A stretch of DNA of 64,000 nucleotides from the human T2T-CHM13v2.0 reference genome, Homo sapiens. Location of the stretch: assembly GCF_009914755.1 (NCBI RefSeq), contig NC_060933.1. One strand, given 5' to 3'. Every line of letters begins with the position of its first letter. The stretch's first letter is position 1. Positions 41,521 through 55,082 of the stretch are shown here, piece after piece. The translations under genes were made by a program, and so were the position numbers. Below the pieces are notes generated by a model. That model saw nothing but the letters and a program-made list of their open reading frames with translations. It made no database searches and was not told where the DNA came from.

Positions 41521-41757
41521 CAGTGGTTTCCTTGAGCTGGCTCGATTCAGTTTGACAGCTGACTCTGTGCATTTCTTCCCAATTCTGTGCTCAGTAACAT
41601 CATCTCGGTAGCTTGAAATCAGTCATGGTGGGAGTATTTACATCATGGAAATCAACAATGCTACCAATTGGGGTCTTTACTATTTTTTTTTTTTTAGAGA
41701 GAGATGTTGGGTTGTTGAATGCTGTTGGGTTGTTGAATGCTTATCAACACATCATTC
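41521..41757 (+). mobile_element. MER63A-like hAT DNA transposon
   Basis: GGTAGCTTGAAATCAGTCATGGTGGGAGTATTTACATCATGGAAATC; CAGTGG start; internal 18-bp tandem duplication at 41705-41740. Confidence 0.8.
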
Positions 41758-42362
41758 AGTGTGATGTATATATGTATGTCCATATATATGTATATATGTA
41801 TACATTCTAGAAATTTTATTTCTGAAAAATTCAAAATAACTTTAAATTTTGTTCTACCTCACACGTGCATTTAAAAAATGGTCAAAATATATAATTTTTT
41901 TTTGCTACAAAATATCTTAACACTGTTTCCTCGAGCTTATTCCTTGTTTACAGCGGCAATTTGTAACTAATCCCATCCTGTTGGAAATTCCAGCCCAATT
42001 CTTTCCTTTAGCAGGCCAACTCTTTTGTTGTAGTTAATCAGAATTATTCCAAAAGCTTTCTTCCCTAAATTCATTGCTTTTTCGTAATTAGTAAAAACAT
42101 GATTGACAACCATTCAGCCAACTGCACTCATCAAGTAACCAGCAATTTATAGAGTTTAGATTGTTAAAAAAGAGAAAGATGAAACTACCAGGAAGACCAA
42201 TGGATGCAAACTTTACAATCTTCCCAGAAATTCTCCTAATAACAACAACTCCCACAATCTAGAAGCTACTTTTAGAGACTTAACATATGTTAAGAAGAGG
42301 CACTAGAAGGCATAAATTTAGTCATTCATATATTGTATAAAAACACAATTAATGTACTCTTT

Positions 42363-42735
<373 letters not shown>

Positions 42736-45169
42736 TCAGAAAAATTTCACAGTTACTACCCTTGAAGAACTTATCATTCTAGTGAAGGCCATAAAATATA
42801 TGGTACAAATTATTAAATAGAGACAAGTAGAGGATGTTATATAAAGAAATCTAGTGTAACTGAATTTACTGTACACCATATGAAACTCAACTTGGTGATG
42901 CAAACATAGGCTTTTTTTTTTTTTTTTTTTTAATTTTGGGATTTTTTTTTCAGTTGTAGTAAGAAAAGAAACATTATCATCAGCCCTAACTTTATGATCT
43001 GGAAATGGAAGATTACAGATTGGAGTTTTAAAGTCTCTATCTTCTAAGCATTTAAGAGATTTCTCCTTTGTCATGCTACATTTTGACAAGTATGGGCATT
43101 AATTTATTAACCCTCAATTGATTGGAAGAGTCAGCTAAATACAATACCTTATTCCCTCATGGAAACAGCAACCTGAAGTGTGACTGTAATTGCTTCTTAT
43201 CCAGATGACAGAAAGCAATTTCAGTGACTGCTTTACTTAATTAGGATGCATGCAGCATGAACCTCCAGGTCACCTATGTCTGTAAATTCTGCCTCTTCAA
43301 TTTTCTTGAGAAAGCACTCCAGCACCTTGACATGGTTTTTAGCAAGCACATATAAACTCAGCACAACCAAATTTCACTTATTTATGGATATATTATCTAC
43401 ACTGCCTTCTGGTTTTGCCACAGACCCCGGTTCATTTCATTACCCATTTTCGCTTTCTGGGCATTCACTGAAAAGTTAACAGTGAAAAAGCTTCATTACC
43501 CATTTGTTGGCACAATATTTTTGAAGGAATAGGGGAACCCATTGTATTTGTTTTGCATGAGGAGAACTCTTTGAAACAAAAGCTTTTGGCCTTTTGCCCA
43601 GATTAAGGGAAGATTTGAAAGACGGCCAAGTTTGCATTAGTCTGAAGTAGCTGCCTACCATCATGAAGCAATGTGCAACACAGAGTTGTGCAAAACGACA
43701 GCATGGAAAACCGGACAACTGCTTTGCACCTTTGGGATGTCAACTAGGTGGTTCAATGGAAGGTGCAGATCAAGAGACACATGTACTCAAATATGAGTAA
43801 AAACACATTTCAAAGACACAAATCAGAGATTTTTAAATTATGTGATATTTTGGACAACCCACTACAACATGATTGTAGGCATTTTTCAAGCATCTATGAT
43901 GATACAAAGCTATTATTGAGATAATAAAATATACAAGAGATAGTTGCCACACTAAAACAGCTTATGACCAAGAACAGTGGCAACAGTAAAAGTAACAGTA
44001 GCAAAACTACAAAAAGCATCTCATATGAAGTGTGTGTACTATGTTATATAAAAATTCATTTATTTCCTTTTAGGGTTATTAATTGAGAATTAACTGTATC
44101 TTGATCATCCAGTCTTGATCTATTCTTATTATGATTATTTTCAACTTATAGCAGCGAGGAAAGTTTCAACATATGGGTGCTTAGGTATATAAGACCAGTC
44201 TACTTTAACCAATTAGTAATTAGTCCATACACCTCAGAGTTAAGTCTTGGTATCTCAGGAAATACTAAATTTAAAGTTTGAATATGTAACACAAATCCAA
44301 CAGTTTGACTGGATTTAATTTTACTGGGTTACATCCAAGAGTTTCCTAAAACTCAGTAGGGTTACAAGTGCTCCATGAACATTTTTATGTAAATATGTGA
44401 TATGTGTGCATATAATATATGGCTTCAAAAGGAAGACACTTATACGTGTGTGTGTGCACACATGCGTGTGCGCATCCTTTGCCCATCCATTCAGCACAGC
44501 TCCTCCAAAATTGAGTTACACGACTGCACTTCTTGCTTACTGCAGTCTTACCCATTGTAGCTGACTGTGTGACTGTGTGGTTCACTTCACTTCTTGGCTA
44601 ACAGCCTGCAGAACATCGGCATGATGAAGAAGACATGCACAGAAACCACTCAATGAAATGTATCACAGCAGATGTAATCAGTAATATGCAAGAGCCTATG
44701 AGCTATATAATACCTGTCCATCTGCCATTCTTCCTGCCTGTCCACTCACAGTTCTATCAAGTATGGATGCCACAGATAAGAGTCCTAATCAAGAAAAACC
44801 TGGATAACATCAGTCTTAGAAAATGACATTTATGCATTCAAATAAGTGGCACAGCCATTGTTGCTGTGCAGTTCTTGCTGCTAAGGTTTTTATATACTTT
44901 TATTTTCTTCTTCAGTCAAAACACAGTAGTGCTTACTGATTACAAGGAAGCAGAGGTCTAAGTATTGATTTTAATGATCCTACTGAATTTTCAACAGTCT
45001 TAGCTTAGTAAGGTAAAAGATGGAGTGACAGAGTCTAAAGTGTTTTCAAACAAATTTGTTTTGTTCAGGCCATGGACTGCTTTGCACTTTAGAGAGTTGG
45101 AGAATAAGTGAAGAAGCGCATATTAGGCATTTGAGAACACTTCTCCACTAATGAATGTAGATCAGGAGC

Positions 45170-45310
45170 ATGATAGAATTTGAAGAGATCTGAGATGCCT
45201 CTTGTCTTTAAGTTCAAACCTTAATTTTACTAGTAACGAAATAGAAGTCCAGACAGGAAAAATAACTTATTCAAGGCCATAGAAAATGTAAATGCAAGGG
45301 CTAAAATCAT
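45170..45310 (-). mobile_element. MIR (MIR3/MIRc-like)
   Basis: GAAATAGAAGTCCAGACAGGAAAAATAACTTATTCAAGGCCATA is antisense core-like. Confidence 0.55.
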
Positions 45311-45384
45311 TTTTACTGGCCTTAGTTAGATCCAGTAATCGTTTTCATTATGATGTGCTTATTATATAACTTGGCTGAGAATGT

Positions 45385-45532
45385 TTTGTTTCTTCCCTCT
45401 CTTCCTTTCTCCCTCTCTTCTTTCCTGTCCACTTTTCTCTTTCTCCCTAACAATATCTTTCCCTATTTCTCTTCCTCTTCTTCCCTCTCTCCTTATCATC
45501 TTCCCTTTCTTCTTTCATTTTCCTCTTTTGCT
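45385..45532. repeat. CT-rich low-complexity polypyrimidine tract
   Basis: Direct reading. Confidence 0.85.
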
Positions 45533-45850
45533 TTCATTCACTCATTCATTCATATATTTAACAATTATTTACTGAGTATCTATTATGTGTCAGGCACAGT
45601 GTTAGAAGCCAGGGATACAGATGGAACCTGGCCTTATGGAACTTACAGTCCAATAGGGCACATGGACACTGAGCAGGTCAGGGAAGGCTTTCTGCAGAAG
45701 TCATATTTATAACTGAGATCTGAAGGATGGGTAGGAGATAGCTAGTTACAGAATGAGGAGTGGGGATCACATTCCAAGCAGAGGAAACAGTACCTGCTGA
45801 TGTCCCACAGCAGAAAGATGCTCAGTCAGTTCTAAGGCTAGAAGAGGCAG
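45533..45850 (-). mobile_element. L2 3' end
   Basis: (TTCA)n start, TTTACTGAGTATCTATTATGTGTCAGGCACAGTG, GGTCAGGGAAGGCTTT, ATTCCAAGCAGAGGAAACAG. Confidence 0.88.
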
Positions 45851-46064
45851 AACTGACCCACGAGGCAGTGGTAAAACAGTATCACTATTTGACCCTGTCC
45901 TCAGTGCATTAATAAATCAGGAAGAAACATTCTAAAGTAAACTTAAAAAAACAAAAAACAAATAGAGGGAAATGTATCATGTATCTTGCTAAGACAATGT
46001 TACCATGACCCATGACCTTGCATATTAATCACCTTTTTACCCACCGATTCTGGCACTCTCATGG

Positions 46065-46305
46065 AAGCCAGTGTGGTCAGCGTGGTGTATGGACAATGGA
46101 CTCTGAAATCAGACAAATCACGGAACTGAACCTTCCCTCTGAACTTTCTGGTGCTTCAGTCTTGAGCAAAGCTTTCTGTCTCTAAGCTTCAGCTTTCTCA
46201 TGTGCAGAATCAAGAATTCAAAACTACTATACAGAAGGCTACACAGAACACATGTAAAGAACCCAATAGGATGCCAAGCACATTAAGTACTTAAATATCC
46301 AATAA
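46065..46305 (+). mobile_element. MIR
   Basis: GGACTCTGAAATCAGAC, CTAAGCTTCAGCTTTCTCATGTG, CATGTAAAGAACC. Confidence 0.7.
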
Positions 46306-46644
46306 GCAGGTTAAAAGGTCTATGACATTTAAGTTTTAAGTCATAGTATCAGTAGATGCTTTTTAATAGGAGCAATGGATTTTTCAGAAATATAAAATCT
46401 ATACTCTGTACCTAGATACTGCCAGAGATGGAAAATGTACATTTTCAAGAGAACATATTGGGTATGGAAATGCCATATGTAACCTTCTCACAAAAGTAGA
46501 GAAGGCTAATAAGCCCTTGGGCCATCAACATGGTCAACTCAGTCTCAAGATTATTCTTACTAATGCAGATAGACATAAACAGGTCCCAATTCTCAGCATT
46601 AATGGATAGAACAGGACTCACAAACATTGGAAATAAAATGAAGG

Positions 46645-46715
46645 GCATTTAACTTTTCTCTGTCTCAGTTGTGTCTTCTGTAAATGGAGGTAATACCTCA
46701 CAGGGTGACTTTGGA
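46645..46715 (+). mobile_element. MIR core fragment
   Basis: CTCTGTCTCAGTTGTGTCTTCTGTAAATGGAGGTAATACCTCACAGGGT. Confidence 0.6.
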
Positions 46716-47484
46716 CTATAATTATCATTATACCCTGTATCATTATCATTATGTATCATTGTATGCTATAGTTATTAGTATTACATCCTGTATCTGGGCC
46801 ATAATACATGCTCACCTTTTGTATTCATGGAATATGATGGTCACATTTTATAATATGGGTTCAAAATTATAATATTTGATAATTTCATTATAAGGGAAAT
46901 AGTTTTTAAAAACTAAACTGTTTCCTTGTTCAATAAATTTCATAGATGTTATGAAAAATCAATTTTTTGTCATAATTTTTACATAATGGGAATGAGAGTT
47001 AGAGTCCCTATGCAGGGAAAAGAAAGCCTGCGGCTCTTTCAAACAAGGCTTTACTGGTTCCAAATCTGTTTTCAATCTTACACAAACAAGTTTATTGCTT
47101 GAGTGAAAGCAAAAACCAAAATCTCTTATGTCTTTAAGCAGAAAGAGCTCCTAGCAGCTAGAGCTGGAATTCTTTATAAAAATAGTTTATTGCAAAGCAC
47201 ATACTATTTCTCAATATTTTTAAAGGTAAATATTAGTGAATGAAGCTCTCTCTATAACAGAAGTTTTGAAATTCATAGCTGTTCATCAACGTGGTATTGC
47301 TTTCCATACTTTCTCAGCAGTGCCAGCCCCCAGGACATTAACAGTTACAGTGGGATGTCAGAGATATTTTCTCATGCTGTATATAAAACATTTTACTTTC
47401 AGAGTGGCATTTGGTAAACTAGACTAATTCACATAGAGTAGCATCTCTTTGAATAAACACTTTTAAAAAATTGCCTTTGATTAG

Positions 47485-48300
47485 AATTAAAAACATCAGC
47501 ATTTGGCAACCATCATGGTTATAATTGATTCAGAAATAAACATCAATGGATGCCAAAACAAGAGGAATAGGATATTTACATCATTGCAAAATAAAGCAGA
47601 GAAGAACAGAAGACAAATCTAGCAAGCATCACCTCAACTTAGGGATGAAAACTGACATCAGCAGGAATGAGAAACAGACATCAGGTGTCTTCCGATACAA
47701 GCCACTGGGACACACACCATGGCACTTCTGGGGCAAAAATGCATCACCTGAATATAATCATGAGGAGGCATCAGACAAACTCAAATATTGACAGAGTTGA
47801 CCAAAAAACTGTCCAGTACTCTTTAAAAGTGTCAAGGTCATGAAAGATAAGGGAAGACTAAGCACTTTCCTAGACTGAAGGAAACGGAGGGGACGTGACG
47901 ACTGGAGGCAACATGGGACCTAGGAATTTCTTTTGCCAGAAAGACATTTTGGGATGATGGCAAAATCTGAATAGATTACATAATATTGTATTCATGTTAA
48001 TTTCCTGAATTTGATCACTGTACTAGTGTTAGGAAAGAGAATATCCTTGCTTTGGGGAAAGTCAAAGTATTTTAGGGTAGAGGTATACTATGTCTGAAAC
48101 TGTTCTTAAGCAGTACAGAAGGAAATTGGGTGTGCATGTATGATGTATGTGTAGAGAGAGAGAAGGAGAGAAAAGGGGGAAGTAAAAATGGAAACATGAA
48201 AAAATTTGGTGAATCCAAGTAAAGTATATGGTGATTCTTTATAATATTTTGCAAGTATTTGGGAATTCTGAAATGATGTCAAAACGTAAAAACTTAAAAC
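47485..48300 (+). mobile_element. L1MC4-like 3' UTR
   Basis: CCTGAATATAATCATGAGGAGGCATCAGACAAAC, AAAAGTGTCAAGGTCATGAAAGA, TGTTAATTTCCTGAATTTGATCACTGTACT. Confidence 0.82.
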
Positions 48301-48869
48301 AAGTATTTTTCCTTCAAACCATAATAACCCTCTCTGTCATGACATGGTTTCTTTCTGGTATTGGGTTTGATTATGATCAGCTTGGTGGAGAGGTACAACA
48401 TATCAGTGATGGTGGAAAAGAAGAGTAAATATATATGCATAAGTATGTTTTTCTGACTAACTCCATTTGATGGTTTCTTGGCAATGTCCAAATCGATGCA
48501 TAGAAAAAGGCTGTTATTTCCCACTCGACCCAGCTCAGAGAAAAGACCAGACTCAGGTACGAGCCATTCACAAAAAGGTTTAGTTGGCGACCTTAGGTTG
48601 GATGAGGGCCAACTGCTACTGTCTTTGATATCTATACTTCCAGGCAGCCTTTATTTTCCCAGTTTCTTCTCCTTTGTCCTTAATTCTCCTCTCTCCTCTG
48701 AATTAAGTCCCAAACCTGTTCAGGTAGGATTTAGCCAATCTAATCCCCTCTATATTCAAAACAGAACACTTTACCCTGGACAGGCCAGTCTCCTCGTTGC
48801 CCTCAAATGATACTCAATCCTGCCTCAATATTTTCTCTTATATTGTCCCCTCTGTATAAAGATAATTAA

Positions 48870-49055
48870 AAATAATAATAATAGCAGCTACTAATTATTG
48901 AATACCAATTTCATGTGAGGTACTGTCCTAGATGCTAATCAATACATACACACACACAGAACCTAATTTAATCCATCCATCTTCCATGCGAGAGACATTA
49001 TTATTCCCAGTTTTGGAGCTCAGAAATCTGAGGATTAAAAGCTTAGACAACTTTA
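48870..49055 (-). mobile_element. MIR
   Basis: AATAATAATAGCAGCTACTAATTATTGAATACC...TATTATTCCCAGTTTTG. Confidence 0.65.
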
Positions 49056-49084
49056 TTTTTAGCAGCTGGCTTTGTCTGTTCCAT

Positions 49085-49270
49085 AACCATTTCCTAAAGT
49101 ATGTACCTTAGAATATTGAAGTTGTTATTTGAAAAAAAAAAGGTGAGGGAAAGGGCAATGGTCAAATATATTTGGGAAATGCTGCATTGAATTAATTTAT
49201 CAACTGAGCCTCTGCTGTGCTAATTTGTGTTGCTTTTCTTCAATGTTTACATATTACACAGCATTTCCCA
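49085..49270. mobile_element. hAT-Charlie-like fragment (family not pinned)
   Basis: ATGGTCAAATATATTTGGGAAATGCTG, similar to the element at 52701-53303. Confidence 0.45.
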
Positions 49271-49329
49271 CTTCATGTATATCATGCCATTCAACAACTG
49301 CTTTAAAAAATTATTTGTTGCTGTTTTAC

Positions 49330-49445
49330 ATCATTTTGTCTTGTCACCAAAATAGATGGCATTTACATGAAGAACGGAATGTATCTTGTATTTGTTTCCT
49401 TCCTATGTTAAGCACATAGTGGGTGTTCGATAAATGTCCCATAAG
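49330..49445 (+). mobile_element. L2 3' end
   Basis: AGCACATAGTGGGTGTTCGATAAATGT terminal motif. Confidence 0.55.
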
Positions 49446-50567
49446 TGGCAGGAACACGCTAAGCTCCCTACACCATCTCTTTTCTTCTTACAACATTCTT
49501 TAGTAGTTCTCCTTGAATTTCCATGCCTCCAATTTCCTATGTCCAAGCTAATATTTACATGTAAAAGAAGTGACCTTTGGATGTTCTGAAGTTGACTTCT
49601 AATCAGCAGTAGAAGTTTCTGCCCTCTGACAGCATTTGATTACATTTGGGTAACTCTTCATTCTCTTTTTACCCAGGTAAGAGTCAATTTTTCAAACAGC
49701 AGAGTCCTTAAAAGGTTTTGAATAAGAAAGGAAAAACGTAATTTAAATAAGCATTCTATACCTGGCAGTTGGGAAGAATGAAAGGGCCATAAACAGTTCA
49801 TCAGAAAGCACCATGGTGTGTTAAAGTATAGGTAATAAAATCACAGTATCATTTAAGAAAGCACTATAGAGACTTTGAAATGACTTTGCTAAACTGCAAG
49901 AGTTGCATTAATTCCTGTTTCTTGCGATTACACATGAGCATGACTGCATTTGGAGGAAAGCAGTCACACTATTTCTGCCAAGTCCTTGCAGATTTATGTG
50001 AAAATTGGAAATTTCTGTATCTTTGCAAAACTGATCGTGAGCTTTTAAGCGCCTAAATGTAAGAACGTACACATTTTTGCATTTTTGAGGCTAAAAGGCT
50101 GTCTGACATATTCTCTCTCAATTCCTTAGTAGCCATCTACTTTCCAGAGAGCTTCAAACCTTGCTATATTCCAACTCTGGTAGTTAGTGGGTGATTGATA
50201 AACAGCTGCTGTATTTTGGATATGAGGTTGAAATTGGGGGCAGTTTCTGGGAAGAAAAGATGGAGGAGCCTGGAAGAGTTTACCACATTTAAAGCTATAT
50301 TTAAGAAGTCTCAGCTACCAGAGCAAGTAGCAAGAAATGACTAGTGATTATCTTTAATGTATAGAAAATCCCTGAGTACATAAAATATAAAAGCTACAAT
50401 TCTGGGTACAATAGGAAGGAAAACTAGGACCCAGAACTACAGCTTTTTCTCATCTTCTCTTCATAGGCAAGTATTTTGGACTTTCCTCCATTTGCTGCAT
50501 AGACCTCTTGATTATCATGTATTCCTATATCCTCCCACATCTATTACAACCACCCATCATTCTATTG

Positions 50568-50765
50568 AAATGATTTCCAAAATTTGCGCCTGGACTAGCA
50601 ACATCAGCATCAGCTGGGAATTTTTTAGAAGGAGAAATTTTCTGGCTTCACTGCAAATCTGTGAAATCAGAATCTTGGGGTGAGAGAATGGGGACTGACA
50701 AGCGAATCTATGTTTAACAAGCCCTTCTAGGAATTTCAGTGCAGTATACCATCTGAACACCTCTG
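50568..50765 (+). mobile_element. MER5A (hAT-Charlie MITE)
   Basis: GGACTAGCAACATCAGCATCAGCTGGGAA...AATCAGAATCTTGGGG...TTTAACAAGCCCTTC. Confidence 0.85.
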
Positions 50766-51562
50766 CCCTCTTGGAACTACTCTCTCAAGGTTCAGTCATT
50801 ACCTCTGATTCACAAAGTCTAGTAGTCTTTCCTTAGACCTGATCCTTTTTCATCTCTGCATCATGTCGCATCACTCCTTGAGACTTCCCCTGCTTATTTT
50901 CTATAATTTTGTACTACCCCAACTGATTCTCTTTTTATCTCACAATATTCCATTATCTTTTTCATGAACTCCCCTCCCATTTTCTAGGCTTTTCCATAAT
51001 TAAATCTCACCTTTTTCCACTGTGTACTTTCTCTCATGAGCATCTGATTCATCTCTATGATCTTAATTATTAAGTTTAGTCACAAGACTTTTAAAATTTT
51101 ATTTTTCATCCAAGCCCCTCTATTAATCTCCAAGTTTGTGTTTCCAATTGCTTGTACAGAAATGGCATCTCTATGTTCCATGGACTCTTAAAAGAAAAAC
51201 ATCAAAACCCAAACACCCGGTCCTCACCACCCCTAAGCAGCTGCTCCCATTTCTGTCACCAGACTCGCAGAGAAGAAAACCCAAAGACTCAGGCTCATCT
51301 TTGGTTTTCATTCACTCCATGATCAATTACTTGCCAAGTCTCATTGAGTCTGTTTATATTCTTTGCTTTTCCACCAATTTTCTTGTATGTTCAGCTTCCA
51401 GTCGTCTTTCACTTTAGTTCTTTCTAGTTATTTCTACTAAGTTAATATTCTGAGTATTAATACGATGTTTTTATTGTATCATTATGAAGACATTCAATTA
51501 TTCAATATCTGCCACCATCTCCTACAAAAAGTCCTACTTCATTAGCTTGACATTTAAGATGA

Positions 51563-51899
<337 letters not shown>

Positions 51900-52005
51900 A
51901 TTTCCAGACTTAACTGTTATTGCTCTCTGTTGTATTTTGGTCAATCCAGGAGACACTCCATCGAAGAGTCTCTAGGATTTATTATCACTTTTAATACTCC
52001 TGTAG

Positions 52006-52284
<279 letters not shown>

Positions 52285-52700
52285 TAGTATTTTTCTTATG
52301 GCAGGCAACACATCACAAGTTATTACACTAAAATGATTTCTCGGCCACACTGTAAACTCCTGAAGACAGATACTGTGCTGGCCTCTAAGTTTTCTTTCTC
52401 ACATGAGTACCCGGTGTACAATTCGTTATATCACAGATACTTAATAAATATTTGTGTACTGAATAAATTCTTCCTGCAGATTGCTTATGAGATGGTTGAT
52501 GGGTCTCATTAAAGAAGCAGCAATGAGGATGAGGCAGGGGGACAGATGAGGCATAAAAAATGCAGACAAGAAATTTTTGACTGGGAGAAAGAAAGAATAG
52601 AGTTTTCCTAAAGGAGAGACTTGGGAAAGTAATGCAGATTTGTTTTCAAATTGTGAAGAGTTCTAAACACAGGCTAAGAGACTCAGAAGACTACTCAATC

Positions 52701-53303
52701 CGGTGCTTCCCACAGAGTTTAGCGTACTATGTAACATTAGTTCTGATGAAAATGTTCAGGTTCTAACCCATAAAATTGGGGATTCAATAGCCAAATAATT
52801 TTGGAAAATTAGGCAAACAAAAATAAATAGGATTATTTATTGTAACACCTCCTAGACCTTTCCATTTGCTAATGTTTGACTTTCCAGGAGTGTCTACAGC
52901 CAGTGGTATTGCCTACACTTTTTTTTTTTTTGAGATGGAGCCTCACTCTGTCACCCAGGCTGGAGTGCAGTGGCGCAATCTTGGCTCACGATCTTGGCTT
53001 GAATCCACCTCCCAGATTCAAGCAGTTCTCTGCCTCAGCCTCCCGAGTAGCTGCAATTACAAGCGCCCCACGCCCGGCTAATTTTTTGTATTTTTAGTAG
53101 AGATGGGGTTTCACTATCCTGGTCAGGCTGGTCTTGAACTCCTAACCTCGTGATCCACCAGACTCGGCCTCCCAAAGTGCTGGGATTATAGGTGTGAACC
53201 ACCGCGCCTGGCCTTTTCTACACTTTTATGACCACTAAACTCTTTTATCTCAGAGCATTCTGTGAGAATAACATTTCTAAGGAATTCATGCTGGGAAACA
53301 TCG
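52701..53303. mobile_element. hAT-Charlie-type MITE split by an Alu (family not pinned)
   Basis: Imperfect terminal inverted repeats CGGTGCTTCCCA / TGGGAAACATCG; internal CAAATAATTTTGGAAAA. Confidence 0.6.
52919..53213 (-). mobile_element. AluSg-like
   Basis: CAGGCTGGTCTTGAACTCCTAACCTCGTGATCC; TSD core CTACACTTTT on both sides. Confidence 0.93.
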
Positions 53304-54738
53304 CATGAATAACTCTTCACAACTCAATATTTTGTGAACTTTTAAATAAGTAAAGGCAATTTTAATATTCAGTATCTTGTAAATGGAAGAAATAAATTAG
53401 CAGGCCCATAAAGTATCAAGGGAAAGGGCACTTCTATTTTAAGTATCTAAATATTGTTATCTGCTTCAGATAGCCCTCCAAAAGGATTTCCAGGTTATCA
53501 GCTATTTGTTGCCTGTCTCCGGATCTATCCTCCCCGACCTATCACCCACCCTCCTTCCCTATTGTCACTTATTGAGATATTTTTTTCCTGGAGGAATCTT
53601 CTTAACAATTAAAGGAAGGTAGGAAAAAAGAAATTAATTATACACACAAACCCTTGAGGCCCTTATAATTTAAAATGGATTTACTATGACTTGAAAGTGT
53701 TGTAAAAGCAACATACATATTGAATAGGTATTTGTATAGGAGAACAGAATGAAAAGCTGATCAGGAGGAAATGGAGTCTACCTGGTCTTTGGCCTTTCAC
53801 AGTTGTGTTCCATTGTTTTTTTCTAAATGCCATAAAGTTCACTTAAGGAATGTTCAACGTAATAAGCACCAAATACCATATACCTGTTCCAGAGTTACAC
53901 ATATGCCAAAATAGTCTTACCTTTGTAATCCCTAAGAACTTGACCATTGAAATATCTTGAGGGAAAAACACAAGGTTTTCTTATAGTATTTTATAAAGAT
54001 GAATTCCTCCAGATCATAAGGGAAATAAAAGAGTGTGTGTGTGTACATGTAAGTGTGTAGAAAATGAACTTAATGAAATGTTTTTCCAGTAGATGGAAAA
54101 GGTCCCAAATTAATCAGAGAAAGGAGTTCACATGTGAATATCTTCTTGCCCAATTTGGAATTATTACCACTAGAGATTATTAGGAATTACCATATTCTAA
54201 GTTTGTAGATGTATAATAAATAGAGTATAGTCATTAATATGGCTCTTCAATTTTTTAATATGATCCTACTTTTTCTAGATTTTCTTCTAAGCACTCATAT
54301 CCTCTAGCCTGAATTTATCATCAGGTAAGAAAATTTTAATAATTTTTTTTCTGAAATTCTTATGAAGTATTTTACTTGAATGTCCCAGAATTGGAATACA
54401 TCATTAAGAATGTACGCATGTCACATAGAATGTTTAAAGGAATTCCACCGATAGGTTGATTTGACACAGGGTTTGAAATATGGCTGAAGCAAGGCTGTGG
54501 ACAGCCCCTGTAACTCAGGCTATCCTCTGGATAAGATGAACATGTTGCTCATTCTATTATTTCCCTTGACATGATTGGATCTACTCCTTTACCATAAGCA
54601 AGAACTCATTCCTTTGTCATCAGCAAAAGCTAGAATGGCTAAATATGTTCCATAGTAGAAACTACAAAACTGTAAGTAGGTACATATGCAATTGCCACAG
54701 AAAATCATTGCTTTCAAGATACAAGACTACTGGCTGCA

Positions 54739-54739
<1 letters not shown>

Positions 54740-54780
<41 letters not shown>
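54740..54780. repeat. Perfect (CA)20 microsatellite
   Basis: Direct reading. Confidence 0.97.
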
Positions 54781-54786
<6 letters not shown>

Positions 54787-54804
54787 AACAAACAAATGAA
54801 AAAC

Positions 54805-54925
54805 GGTATGGTAAGAGCAGAGTCTTTGATTCTCTCATTTACCAGTGACTCACCAATGCTTTGTAGAGTGTCTGACGTATTAGGTACTTCATAATTATTT
54901 GTTCAATAAACGAATGAATGTAGGA
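54805..54925 (+). mobile_element. L2 3' end
   Basis: AGAGTGTCTGACGTATTAGGTACTTCATAATTATTTGTTCAATAAACGAATGAATG. Confidence 0.65.
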
Positions 54926-54993
54926 ATGTATGATTTTATTTTCTACTCTGGTCATATCATGATTCAACTTTAGATATATACTCTAGCATATTA

Positions 54994-55082
54994 CTAGGTT
55001 GGTACAAAAGTTATCACAGTTTTTGCCATGACTTTTAATTACTCTTAATGGCAAAACCACAATTACTTTTGCACCAACCAAA
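54994..55082. mobile_element. MADE1 (Hsmar1-derived mariner MITE)
   Basis: TA-CTAGGTTGGTACAAAAGTTATCACAGTTTTTGCCAT...ATGGCAAAACCACAATTACTTTTGCACCAACCAAA-TA; palindromic with TA TSD. Confidence 0.93.

Noticed and set aside
44604-44826. Open frame after an acceptor-like CTAACAG
   Set aside because: Peptide not recognisable, weak pyrimidine tract and no convincing donor
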